Below are positions 35,801 through 46,522 of a stretch of 64,000 nt of DNA, piece after piece. A program made the translations under genes and the position numbers. Position 1 is the first letter of the stretch, and each line of letters opens with the position of its first letter. The DNA is taken from contig SMSO01000025.1 of the NCBI GenBank assembly GCA_004764695.1, positions 4,194,862-4,258,861 of the forward strand. The letters are read 5' to 3'. This stretch comes from Schizochytrium sp. TIO01. Taxonomy: Eukaryota; Protista; Bigyra: Labyrinthulomycetes. The notes beneath the pieces are model-generated. The model was not told where the DNA came from and ran no database searches. It saw only the letters and a program-made list of their open reading frames with translations.

Positions 35801-38800
35801 AGGCCTGCAACGTCCCCAAACCAAAACTGCGACCATTGTGATGAAGAGCCTTTTTCTCACGCTCCAACACCTCCAGAACCAGCGCCTTCCGTTGATCGCT
35901 GCGTTCGCATTTGTGTAAGACTTCTACTCCGAGCTACAAAAAACTCACGCTCGATCAAACACATTTCCAAAGACTGAGGCTTCAATGATCGAGGCTGCAC
36001 TCTATCTACTTTGGGTGGTTTCTAGTAGCCCGAGCTATGAAGCAAAGAGTCCGTCCCTTTTTCATATGCATACAGTCAGTGCAGTACACGCTGCAGCCCA
36101 ACTTGATCCAGAAAAATATCGAAATATACCTCGTTATAGTGGACGCGTTCTGCTTGCATTAGCAACACGAAATCCAGAAATTGTGATCGAACCACTCTTT
36201 AGAATTGCCATGCAACAGACAACTATGCCTCAGCACGACAGCCCAAGGCAGCAATCAAATGTCTCAAGCTCCTCTCAAGGTGACCAAGATGAGCCTCAGG
36301 AAAATGCAAAGGACCAAGAAGAAGAAACCCTTGAATTTAAGGTCAGCAAAGCATCAAGTGTTTTCCTGCGGTCAAAGACCCCCGAGCTTGTGAGTTGTGG
36401 AGCCTACTTTCTCAGTACATATCGTCTCTCTTCTATTCAATACGCTTTCATTCGCAATACAGGGTGTGTTGATTCTCTCATGAACCTCGTCATTGACAAA
36501 GAGCTTAATGTCGATGAGACCTCCCAGAGCCTTGCTCTATTATCCCTTGCACGCATCTCAGCACATGACCGAGAGAACCAGCATTATATCGCGTCCCCAC
36601 AACTTATTGCAGCGTTGGAAGATATCTTAAGCTTGCAGGCTGATTTGGCATCGGCGTCACAACGACAGTTGGTGGGAGCTGTTATTCGTAATCTACTCAA
36701 GCATGCTGCCAACCGACCTCCAATTTATCAGATGGAACTACGTCTACGCCAGCGCGGCTGTACTTTACCTCCTGTTGCCTCAGCTGGAGGAAAGAAAATG
36801 GCCTTTTGTGGTTCTCTTGCTCATGTGCCCAAAATGTCACACCGTGAAAAGGTTAAAGCATCGTACGAGTCTTGGTTACACGATGTTGAGCAATCCTGTA
36901 CTAAAATGGGAAGGCTCGCGTTTAACCGCAAGCTGCAACACGATAAGATTTTGCAAAAGAAAAATACCCCAGGCAAAAGACCTGCTTCTTTGCTTACTAA
37001 AAAGCTTTGCAAGCCAATCAATACCCTCTGGCACAGCAAATCTCAAGTCTCTTTGCGAGGAAACCCATGGTCTCCAAAGGCTTTTGAGGCGTCTTCCTCA
37101 GACTATGGATTGACTATTACGATTGACTTTGATCGCTTCTTCTTTCCAGATATTAATCTGATAAAACCTCCACCTCCTCCAAGTTCTCCAATGCTTCCAG
37201 CAGTTGATAAAAATGAAATTCGCGAACAAAGTTCAGAAGAAAATCACAACATGAGAAGTTCAGACCACGAAAGGAGGCGAGGAAGTACCGATTCCTTACA
37301 AGGTGAAAACAATACTAGCGACAAATTCAAATATCATGTCTCGGATGATCCTGCGGAGACTCTAACTCAGCCTGCAGCATCTCCTTTGGTTGGTATAACA
37401 GTTTCGAGTGATTCAGGGGCTCTTTTTGATGCAAAAGTAGCAGAGAAGACCACGACAACAGCGTTGCGTACGACCGTACGTGATGAAATCAAGCGACAAA
37501 TGCTGGACAATTTTAAGTCTCAACGCCATAGCTCATCGAATGACGCAGACACTTCATCTCTTATATCTTCAGCAAGCGATATTCTTGGACCAATCAGACC
37601 AATAGACCATAGAAGCGCATCTTCTAAACATGAAATGCTTTCACCAAAATCACCAACAAGTCAAAGTCCACGCCGCGTGAAAAAGAAAAACGTAGGTACT
37701 ACTGAAGAGAGTTGCAAATCTCACTTGGCAATGTTTGCCCATGTCGATGGTGGTCGTGTCTACAAAGATGTACCTGCATTTTACCTTCCAGATGGTCGTA
37801 AGTCTCATGTATTTTATCAAACGAGCTACGAAAATACAGACGAGCTTCTTCTCGTAGTTGTACCGTCCCCTGCTCCCCAAGATGCTCCAGACATCAATGA
37901 AGAGCTTCCTCTGGTGGTAAACAAAGACTGCTCCCGTATCTTGCACAAGTGTTTTGCCTTTTATACCAAATTTGCGCAGGACATCGCAATTCAACAACGT
38001 GAGGAAGACCATAACCCTGCTCTACCGCCCAGCCATAGCTTGCTGTATGCTCGAGGCTGTCGCCATGCTGTTTCTGGTGTTGGGTGGTCAGCGACGGGAG
38101 TCTTGTTTGATGACGCACTTCCTCTGCTGATGGCCCTACCTTGCCAACAGCACGGTAGCCGGAGATCAACTTCCTTCCTCGGTATGAACTCTGGTCGGTG
38201 TGAGCGTCTGGGTACATTCGCGTACAGGCAGATTCCAATTGCTGCTCCTGAAGCACATCAAAGTGAACACATTCTCGACATTGGGAGCTCAGTATTTGCA
38301 GATCCCTCAATGCCAAAAAGTAATATGTGCTTGCCAGCTTGTCGGCGTGTACTTAATGACAAGGTTCCATTTGCCAAACTCCTTGCTCGAGATACTGATT
38401 TAAGTCCAGATTGTGTAACCAATATCTGGAATAGCATCGAAAATCGTTTTGACATCATATGTGGACTATTTAACTATTATGGGTGCAGTACAGGTGCAAC
38501 AAACAGTGCATTCACAATGCAGCTCAATCAGTTTACCCTCTTTCTCAGGGACGCTGGTTTCCTGCGTCACCGCTCAGAAACTATCAAGAATCAAGGGCAC
38601 CCAAAATTAGAAGTCGAGACCATCAAATGTAAAGTCAAAGACAAGCTCTACGACATTTATGCCATTGATACAAGTGCATCAGATACAATGTTTATTGTGG
38701 CAAATAAAACTCTACCCGACACAATGCTCAGCAAACTTCAAGAAATGGTCAAAGGTAACCGACTGTTTCAAATTAAACGCGATGAGACATTGGTGCTTTA

Positions 38801-40481
38801 CGAGTTCATAGATTGCCTTGTGCGTCTTGCAGATACCACTGTTTGCCAACCGAGTTCTAAGCGTGCGTCAATAAACAAAGCCGAGTCTAATCGAATTGCT
38901 CTCGACGAAGCTCTCGAAGTAGTGCTACAACGTATAGTAGATCTGTATCTTCACGAACGCATCCTTCTATTTGATGTTTTTCGTATCGACCGCATGTACA
39001 ACTGGGCAATCAACTCTGTCATTTCGGAAAACATGTCCATGTTTAAAAAGATTTTCAATCGTTACATTTGCGGCTGTGGAGAGCTTTCACGTGGGTATGG
39101 CTCACTTCCAGGAGAACGCATGGGTCTGGTTGACTGGATGGCTATGGTAGATGAGCTTGGGCTTTTCAATCCTCTTTTTAGCAAACGTGAAGGTTCTTGG
39201 ATATTCGTATCAAGCACACAGAATGTGTATGATCCATTTCGCAATTGGAACAAGAGTGTTTCATTGAGTTTTCCTCAGTTTTTAGAAAGCATCTGTCGAC
39301 TAGCAGACGTGATCTTCATTCCTAATGAAGACGAGCTTGCCCTCGTAGGTATTGCGCCAGAGAGTGGAGATCTCGGTTTTGGAGAAACTGACTTCGAGCT
39401 TGCGCCAAATGGAATTGTTGGATTTTATCGTCTCATGCAGCAAACTACCCTCTGGAACACGTTTGAGCGGCCATCGTACATTTCAAATGCATTTCATCTT
39501 CTATGGGAACCTGCAGTAAAGGAAACAGAAACAAAGGTTCAAACTTCCGTCATCGCTTCAGAGAGCATGGATAGTGATGATAACAACGAGGAACACCAGC
39601 AAGATAAAGACGAGGTAAACAAGAATTCCATCTCGGTAACTCAGCAAAAGGGGGAAGACACACAATGGAATGCTGAGTCTAGCTCTGATGAAGACTCTTC
39701 TAATTCCCTGAATTCATTGCAAGAGCTTGGAAACAAAGAATCATTGGAGACAAACATTCCAAATATAGAAGCACAAGGTGAAGCCCCAGCACTAAGTTCG
39801 TCACTGTCAGAAAGATTTTATGACCCTCGGGCACTCGATTACAAACTCATACAACTCATCAAGCTCATTTTAGCGAGTGAAGCTAGGCGCTGCAGTAAAA
39901 TTTCAAAGAAGACAGAGTGGGTGAAACTTGCTCGCAAAGCTGACCTCGATGAGAAAAAGGTATTCAAGAAATTGCTTTCTGAGCAAGTTGCAATTGACGA
40001 ATCGTTTGCGCTTGCTGAAGCAAATGAAAAGCTCAGCAGAGGCTCTATGGTTGCTCCACTGAACCAAGTTGGGCGGCGACTCACATTAGACATTCGTGTT
40101 GCCCAGAACCTAGCAGCAAAACATGTGCCAATGATAGGAAGCATTTCAGAAAACTCTGAACCTGACCCTGGAATTGCCAACGCAGAAGCACTGGCTAGCC
40201 TTGCAGCTCCGATTAAAAGAGACCTTCTCATTACTGCTCACCAAGCTTGTGAGATGGTTCGAATTACAGCTGCTGGTCGTGCAAAGATGGACCCTGCTCT
40301 TCGGGATATCCTGCTCAGTAAATCTTATGTTGAATCAAGCAGCCGTCGTCTTGTTGAACTTCGCCGCAGGCGGATTCCCAATACAAAGCGGTTCGAAGCA
40401 CTCAGTGAGGTCGAACAGCAAAGCTACATGGCAATTGTACAACGAGCTGTCAAAGAGTACTTGGGCTCCACGTTATCATAG
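32888..40481 (+). CDS. Very large ARM/HEAT-like helical-repeat protein with C-terminal degenerate EF-hand-like motifs; two ORFs (32888-35977, 35985-40481) probably one gene (~2510 aa)
   Basis: 1038-aa and 1498-aa ORFs 7 bp apart on the same strand. Helical-repeat character (ALHSLWELALQPEN; AALYLLWVVS; ALLSLARISAHDRENQHYI) continues across the junction. C-terminal MQLNQFTLFLRDAG, LYEFIDCLVRLA, LSFPQFLESICRLA. First ATG is 32888. Function uncertain. Confidence 0.8.
35915..35972 (+). other. Candidate 58-nt spliceosomal intron joining the two ORFs
   Basis: Donor GTAAGA at 35915 (phase 0 of ORF1), branch-like ACTCAC at 35943-35948, acceptor AAG ending 35972. Base 35973 is a codon start of ORF2, giving …VRIC|TEASMIEAALYLLW. 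Confidence 0.5.
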
Positions 40482-40612
40482 ATACTATTTTGTAACTCTA
40501 AAAATGTACTATATTCGTTTATTATGGAAAGAATCTGTAACTTTCAGGATTAACTCGCACCTGTTGACTAAATAGAGGGGGATCTGAAGGAAGGAATTCT
40601 AAGTTCTTTCCC

Positions 40613-43600
40613 TTATATTTCTGATATGATATCTTCATCTTCCGAGCCCCAATCCATGGACTCAAAGATGGAGCGCCTTGACTTGTCTACGTGCTGAAGC
40701 TGCTCTTCCTTACGAAGGATGCGCTGAACTAAACCTTCCAATGCAGGCTCAAAGGTCTCTCCTCGAAATCCTGCTGCTTTAGCAGACGCAGCAGCATGCG
40801 AAACAGCCCCATATGAATTACTCAAATCTCTCACCTCTCCTCTCAATGAGTCTTCTAGCTCTTCAAGTTCTCGATCAGATCGATATAGTGGCGAAAGAGG
40901 GAGATCCCGCATGATGATATTTTCGCGACTGTGATTCATCTGTGATGAACTAGTATCCAAATCTTTGAGGACAAGCTGTTCGTCGAAGTGAGCTCCCCTG
41001 TATCTTCGTGGACTCTGAGAAGGAGGGACCCAAGATAATGAACCATGCAACGCAGCGCGCTCTGCAGCACTCAATTTCATTGGACTATTAGGCCTCTTTG
41101 TATGTTTTTTTCGAGGTGTTAGTTTTTTGGTCCGAGCAGGCAATGGTGAAGCACGTCCTGCATCAGGGCCTTTCCGAGCATAATACTGCTCTTCAGCAAG
41201 ACGCTCCCTCTCAGTTCGAGGGTTGTTTCTGCATAAAAGTCGATCGACCTTTACTTGAAGAGTTTGTGTCTTGGCTTGAGTTCGTTGCAGCTCTTGTTCA
41301 GCAACTCTTGCTGCATATTTTGATCGAAGACACATCTGTCGGAGCTTGTTATTTCTTACTCGTAATACAGCCATGTTTATGCAAAGTGTTCGGCTATACC
41401 AAAGTAAAAATGCCCGTTGCTTGTAGCGAATCAAGCTTCGTTCGTAAATCATCACCAGACGACGCGTTTCACGTGCACAGAATGCCCAGCGCGCTAAAGC
41501 AGTGAAGTAGCGACGCGTTTGGACAGTTTGCCAGCGATTGATTACTGCGCTCAAGCATATTAAACCTGCATGTTGATGCACGCGGTGAGCGCGAGAGACA
41601 ACAGCGTATCGACGCCATGTATCTATGCTAAGTTGAAGATGATGTCTCCTGCGGGAATAGTCCATATCTTCAATTTGATTCACGATGGACACATGCCGAT
41701 GCCACGCTGTAAAAACATGACGAACAATGCATCTCTTAGCAAATGAAGCGGCCCTCTGTTTTTTACACTTGTAATCAAGCACACCTCGAAGGCGTTTCAT
41801 AGCAGTATGCTTCTTGTAAAGACAAAGTACTTCCACATTTCGACGATGCTTTGCAACACGAGCCCATTCTATAAAAAAGGTTCGAAGTTGCTGTTGCGTG
41901 GACCAAGTTCTGTTCACGAATGTTAGAATGATATTTTCTTCGCGCAAGTCACGGGCTCGAGCTTCCATGGCACGGGTTCTGAGTTTACTAAGTGCTTCTT
42001 GTAGCCGACGTCGCCAAACAAATGCACACATGCGTCTGCAAACACGACGTTGTTCTCGAAGCAATAATTTCCAGGCCATAAAATGTGCCATAAGACCACG
42101 TTTGGTTCGAGACCTACGATGAAAAACTGCCAATACACGCCGTGTGTATACATGTTTTGCCCAGCTTAGAAAAGCTTGTCTCATTCGTGTTATTTGGAGA
42201 AGTTCCACTGAATGACGCCAAGTATGAAAACGTGCATGAAGAGACTTCACTTGCATTTTCTCAATCGTCTCTTGAATCAGGTGCTTACGCTGCACCAAAG
42301 AGGTCCACTTTTGAAAAGCCAGGGCAGTTCTTTTGGTTTTAAAACGATCCTTAGCTTGGTCTAAGACCTTTGTCTGGGCATGCTTTAATTGTGTTTTTCG
42401 TTGCAAGAGCACCTCTTCATATGCAGAAGCTTGTGTAGCAAGCTGGGTCATCACCGTAGATGCAAGTGCCCACTTTTGCCACGCCCATGTAATTTTCAAT
42501 AACTTAGTACGTCGTACCCACTCTCGAAGGATACGAACACGTTTCTTGTTTCGCGAAAGCGTACGGTGCCATATTTGTAGAATACTACGCAATTTGCGTC
42601 GAGACTGCGTCGCTATAAAGTCATTAGTCAAAGTTTCCATAGCAGCTTCGTGCGATCGATCTTGCTTTTCTCGACGAATAAACTCTCGCCAAGCCCAGAA
42701 GCACCGTTGTTGAGAGGACTGAAGAAATCGAATAGCAGCATAGTTCATTATTCGATCTTGATGATCCAGCGCAGCAGCTTTTCGAGTCATGGTTTGCCAA
42801 ATATGCATTGCACGATGCAGAGTTTTTTGGCGATATTTTTCATATATCCTTTGCAGAGAGTTTAAAGCTCCAGCCTTTGCCTTTGTGGCAGAACTCCAGT
42901 GTATGAACATTGACCTCAATCTGTGTTTTTTAAATCTTTGTAGGATACTCATCATTCGAGCAGTTTTGTTTGTCACCTGCTTCCATTTGTTCCAAGCAGC
43001 ATGCTGCTTACGATGTATGAGAATAGATAGGATTCGTTTTACTACGACTAATTTGGCCGACTGTCTTGCGGCTTGAATGTTATACTGGTTTTGAGCTTCA
43101 GCCAGAGCCAACTTCCACGAAAAGAACCTTACACATATGCTTCGAGTCGATGATACTATCTCACGATGACAAACTTGTTTCCATGTCTGAAAACCTCTAC
43201 TAAGGCTTGCATGTCCAAGACGCCGTAGAGCCATTGCCATAAGCCGTTTACGAAGTGCAACTTCCCGACTTTCATTGCATGTCGATGTTTTCCAGTATCG
43301 AAAAGCTTGTCGAAGCACAATTGCGAAGCGGCGACGAAGAACCGATTGTACAAAAAGGTTTCGAACATGGTTTACCCTTAGATCGACAACATTGTCACAC
43401 CAACATGTGAAAGCACTGTCCATCCGGAGATGAGCAAGTCGTAAAAGCGTTTTCCTCAACGCATTTTTCCGAGCAGCTTTGATGTTAGTAGAACGAAGCC
43501 AGTGTGCAAATGTACGTCTTTCTATACGTCGTTGCATTCGCAATAATATATGGCGAAGGATTGAACCTTGCCATCCATGAGTTCTTTCTACATTCTCGCT

Positions 43601-46522
43601 CTTCTGGGATATCATGGTAGCCCCTCGCCAGCATGAGAAAGCTCGTGTGAGATTCTGATGATGTATGCGGAGCATAACCATCCGCATGCTACTAACAGCA
43701 TGAGCATGACGCTGGCTTTCTATGGTGAATTCGTAACGCGCCTGTACCACCATTCGCGCCCATTTTTGAAATGCACCAGAAAGATGTCGATTGCAAGCAC
43801 GAAGAACGACTCGCCGGTACAAAATCTCTTTACGCCGCACTGCACTAGGGGAGGTTGGACGTCGATCTAGAAAAGGTGCCACAACAAGAGCAGAAGACCA
43901 GCGTGTAGCATCCTTCCATCTTCTAAAGGCTTCAAAAATCGTTCGATGTCCCCACCGGTTTACAATGCGACGCATGAGACGCTTGTCTTGTTTTGCTACT
44001 GTTACTTTTGAAATCCACTTCACAAAAGCTCGTTGCATTCGGATTGACAAGACTCGACTCAGCACTGTTTGCAGCATTCGTACTCCTAGATGCTGTTTTT
44101 TCTGTTGCAAGACACTTGGACTAAAAAGAGAACCGGATGATAAAACAGTATCATCTACTTGCAGCCCTTGCTTCGATGTTTGTGATTGCTGAACATTATC
44201 TTCATTTCTAGATGTGCCTGACTTTTGTAGAAAGCTTATGTCTGGAGAATTTAACACGGAAGCAGCAGGAGAATTATCTACAAGGCTATTCGACCTGCCA
44301 GCTTTCCTCAGAGAACTGTTATCAGTCGATTTTATTCCTTTCTGTTTTTCTCGATCATGTCTTTTGTAGTCTTTCCTCCTTCCCCTTGAGTTGGTGCTCT
44401 CATGCTTTTCTTCTTCTTCTTCTTCTTCCACTACGTCTTTGCTGCTAGTGTGAAGTTTGTTTGTTCTAGACTGAGAAACAGTAAGGTGTTGCGTTCCCGG
44501 TGGTGATGCCATGCTGGATATTGAGCTATTATCTACTTCATTATCACTCCACATACTGTTCGCACTAATGATTGTTTCCTGTCTGCCTTTGGAGTGGGTA
44601 TGATTAGACGTTGTTACAGTAAGTCCTTGAGGGAGTTTTCGTCTATGACTCCTTTTATTTTGTTCAGATTCGTGTTTAGACCGAGGAGATGGCACGCTGT
44701 CCGAAGAACATTGAGCAAAGTTTTCATCTGAGATAAGTTTTTTACTCTTCCTTGGCTTCGAGTCTTCGTTCTCAGTTGACTTTACATTGTCAGAATGCGA
44801 GGATCTTGGCGTTTCCTCTGTTTTTTCGCACTCCTTATGCCGACGGTGTAAACGAGATTCGCGACTTTTGTGTTCTTTAATCTTCTGGTTTTTTAACAAT
44901 GTAGCAGCATCTGCAGGGGAAGGAGACTCGATGCTACTGGTACTGCTAGCCAGGTCAGCTTCACATTCGAAAGTACGAGGAACCTTGTAAGTATCTGTTC
45001 CGGTTCTTGATTTGAGTTTCTTATGGCCTGAACACTCCAGTGTGGATAACTTTTGCGGATTAGTTGAATCATCTTGCGCAGTACCCTGATGTATTTCATT
45101 ACGAGACTTGCGGGGCTTCTGTCTTTGAGCACGATGCCCAGCTTGATCATCCTCAAAGGACGTCGGAGAGCTTAGGGAAGGAGATTCTTCATTGATAATC
45201 TTGTTGTTCAAATTAATATTCCCCAGCAGTGGGTCAACCTTTCTTGTAGCTGGTTCGTCTGCTTTTGACTTAGTAGAAATTTCCCTCTCAGAAGGCGTGG
45301 GATTTTCTGTTCGGATTTGTTCCGCTTGCTTTGTTTCGCAATTAATATCCTTTCCCACGGGATGTTGGTCCAATTTGCGAGATTTATGCGTCATCTGTCT
45401 ACATTGCTGTAATTCTGTATTCATATCTTCTGTAGATGATATAGATCCCACAGGGGATACTTCTGTGTCAGCAGAGTTACCTTCCACGTAAGAAGTACTC
45501 TCATCTCTTTGCAGTTTTGGAGCCACGAGCGGGTTTTGCGACTTACTTTTTCGTCTTCGGGGAAGCTGCATTGGCTGTTGATCATCTGACTCATAATGGT
45601 GATGGTGGTAGTGATGATGGTATTGACCAGGAGGTAGATTTTCCCCTGCAGGTATGGCAGTACCAGCTTCGTTAAAATCTGCACTCGGAAAATGATGACG
45701 TCTCGACTGTGCTGGCGCCCAATGCGCACCCTGTTGATGTTCTGAATATTCGCTGTATTGTGACCGACCGTGCTGTTGGGCCAAGCCAGGTCCTTGGTAA
45801 TAAAAGCTCTCCTGTAATGCAGCAGCGGCGGCAGCAGCAGCTTGCTCATACATAATCTTACACCTCCACAAAGTAAAAAATCTTGATAATTGCCTAATAG
45901 CGATCCTCTCTGCAATTCGATCTACACGCTCAAGAGAATTAATCATAAATTTTCGTGTAGATGGTGATAATGTATTGTAACGCACACGAAGTCTTGCAAG
46001 CTGCTCTCTTGCTTCTCGGTCACGCCTCCGTTCTCTTTTCTGGACTTGGAGTGATGGAGCAGGTGAACATTGTGATGTACCTTGGTAGCCATACTGTTGC
46101 TGGTATTGATTCATCGTTAGCATTGGCGCTGCCGGGTGAGATGGGTTTCGTGTTGATGTTGAAACTCCACTTGTACTGTAAGGCGTGCTTGTAGAGTCCC
46201 AACTTACTACTCGGGCACGGGCCTTAGGAGAAGATGGTGGAGACCGAGCATTGAACCAAGGCATTACGAGATGTTGTTGTGGGCCCTGAAGCGCAACATC
46301 ATAACCTTTCTCCAAGTTGAATACCTTTGGATTGCCAGAGCGCGAAACATGATGTGGGCGCTCTGCAATCGGGGCTGCCAGGCCTGGGGGGTTTCTTCTG
46401 GGAGGCGACTTTGTTCTTGACCTAGAAACATGATCTGCAAAGGCTACATCTCGCCTCGCTGCCACTAAGTCTCCACTGCTGTTGAAATGCGAGCCCGCGC
46501 GTTCCTGCCACGAGGCCCGCAT
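40613..46522 (-). CDS. Sfi1-like centrin-binding repeat protein (1969 aa)
   Basis: About 800-aa disordered N-terminus, then >20 basic helical repeats ending in (A)FxxW: MQRAFVKW, IFEAFRRW, LSGAFQKW, LTRAFSCW, LRQAFRYW, LSRGFQTW, TALAFQKW, MRQAFLSW, VRHVFTAW, KQRAFLLW. These match the Sfi1 repeat pattern. Confidence 0.85.
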   Translation of the reverse strand: MRASWQERAGSHFNSSGDLVAARRDVAFADHVSRSRTKSPPRRNPPGLAAPIAERPHHVSRSGNPKVFNLEKGYDVALQGPQQHLVMPWFNARSPPSSPKARARVVSWDSTSTPYSTSGVSTSTRNPSHPAAPMLTMNQYQQQYGYQGTSQCSPAPSLQVQKRERRRDREAREQLARLRVRYNTLSPSTRKFMINSLERVDRIAERIAIRQLSRFFTLWRCKIMYEQAAAAAAAALQESFYYQGPGLAQQHGRSQYSEYSEHQQGAHWAPAQSRRHHFPSADFNEAGTAIPAGENLPPGQYHHHYHHHHYESDDQQPMQLPRRRKSKSQNPLVAPKLQRDESTSYVEGNSADTEVSPVGSISSTEDMNTELQQCRQMTHKSRKLDQHPVGKDINCETKQAEQIRTENPTPSEREISTKSKADEPATRKVDPLLGNINLNNKIINEESPSLSSPTSFEDDQAGHRAQRQKPRKSRNEIHQGTAQDDSTNPQKLSTLECSGHKKLKSRTGTDTYKVPRTFECEADLASSTSSIESPSPADAATLLKNQKIKEHKSRESRLHRRHKECEKTEETPRSSHSDNVKSTENEDSKPRKSKKLISDENFAQCSSDSVPSPRSKHESEQNKRSHRRKLPQGLTVTTSNHTHSKGRQETIISANSMWSDNEVDNSSISSMASPPGTQHLTVSQSRTNKLHTSSKDVVEEEEEEEKHESTNSRGRRKDYKRHDREKQKGIKSTDNSSLRKAGRSNSLVDNSPAASVLNSPDISFLQKSGTSRNEDNVQQSQTSKQGLQVDDTVLSSGSLFSPSVLQQKKQHLGVRMLQTVLSRVLSIRMQRAFVKWISKVTVAKQDKRLMRRIVNRWGHRTIFEAFRRWKDATRWSSALVVAPFLDRRPTSPSAVRRKEILYRRVVLRACNRHLSGAFQKWARMVVQARYEFTIESQRHAHAVSSMRMVMLRIHHQNLTRAFSCWRGATMISQKSENVERTHGWQGSILRHILLRMQRRIERRTFAHWLRSTNIKAARKNALRKTLLRLAHLRMDSAFTCWCDNVVDLRVNHVRNLFVQSVLRRRFAIVLRQAFRYWKTSTCNESREVALRKRLMAMALRRLGHASLSRGFQTWKQVCHREIVSSTRSICVRFFSWKLALAEAQNQYNIQAARQSAKLVVVKRILSILIHRKQHAAWNKWKQVTNKTARMMSILQRFKKHRLRSMFIHWSSATKAKAGALNSLQRIYEKYRQKTLHRAMHIWQTMTRKAAALDHQDRIMNYAAIRFLQSSQQRCFWAWREFIRREKQDRSHEAAMETLTNDFIATQSRRKLRSILQIWHRTLSRNKKRVRILREWVRRTKLLKITWAWQKWALASTVMTQLATQASAYEEVLLQRKTQLKHAQTKVLDQAKDRFKTKRTALAFQKWTSLVQRKHLIQETIEKMQVKSLHARFHTWRHSVELLQITRMRQAFLSWAKHVYTRRVLAVFHRRSRTKRGLMAHFMAWKLLLREQRRVCRRMCAFVWRRRLQEALSKLRTRAMEARARDLREENIILTFVNRTWSTQQQLRTFFIEWARVAKHRRNVEVLCLYKKHTAMKRLRGVLDYKCKKQRAASFAKRCIVRHVFTAWHRHVSIVNQIEDMDYSRRRHHLQLSIDTWRRYAVVSRAHRVHQHAGLICLSAVINRWQTVQTRRYFTALARWAFCARETRRLVMIYERSLIRYKQRAFLLWYSRTLCINMAVLRVRNNKLRQMCLRSKYAARVAEQELQRTQAKTQTLQVKVDRLLCRNNPRTERERLAEEQYYARKGPDAGRASPLPARTKKLTPRKKHTKRPNSPMKLSAAERAALHGSLSWVPPSQSPRRYRGAHFDEQLVLKDLDTSSSQMNHSRENIIMRDLPLSPLYRSDRELEELEDSLRGEVRDLSNSYGAVSHAAASAKAAGFRGETFEPALEGLVQRILRKEEQLQHVDKSRRSIFESMDWGSEDEDIISEI

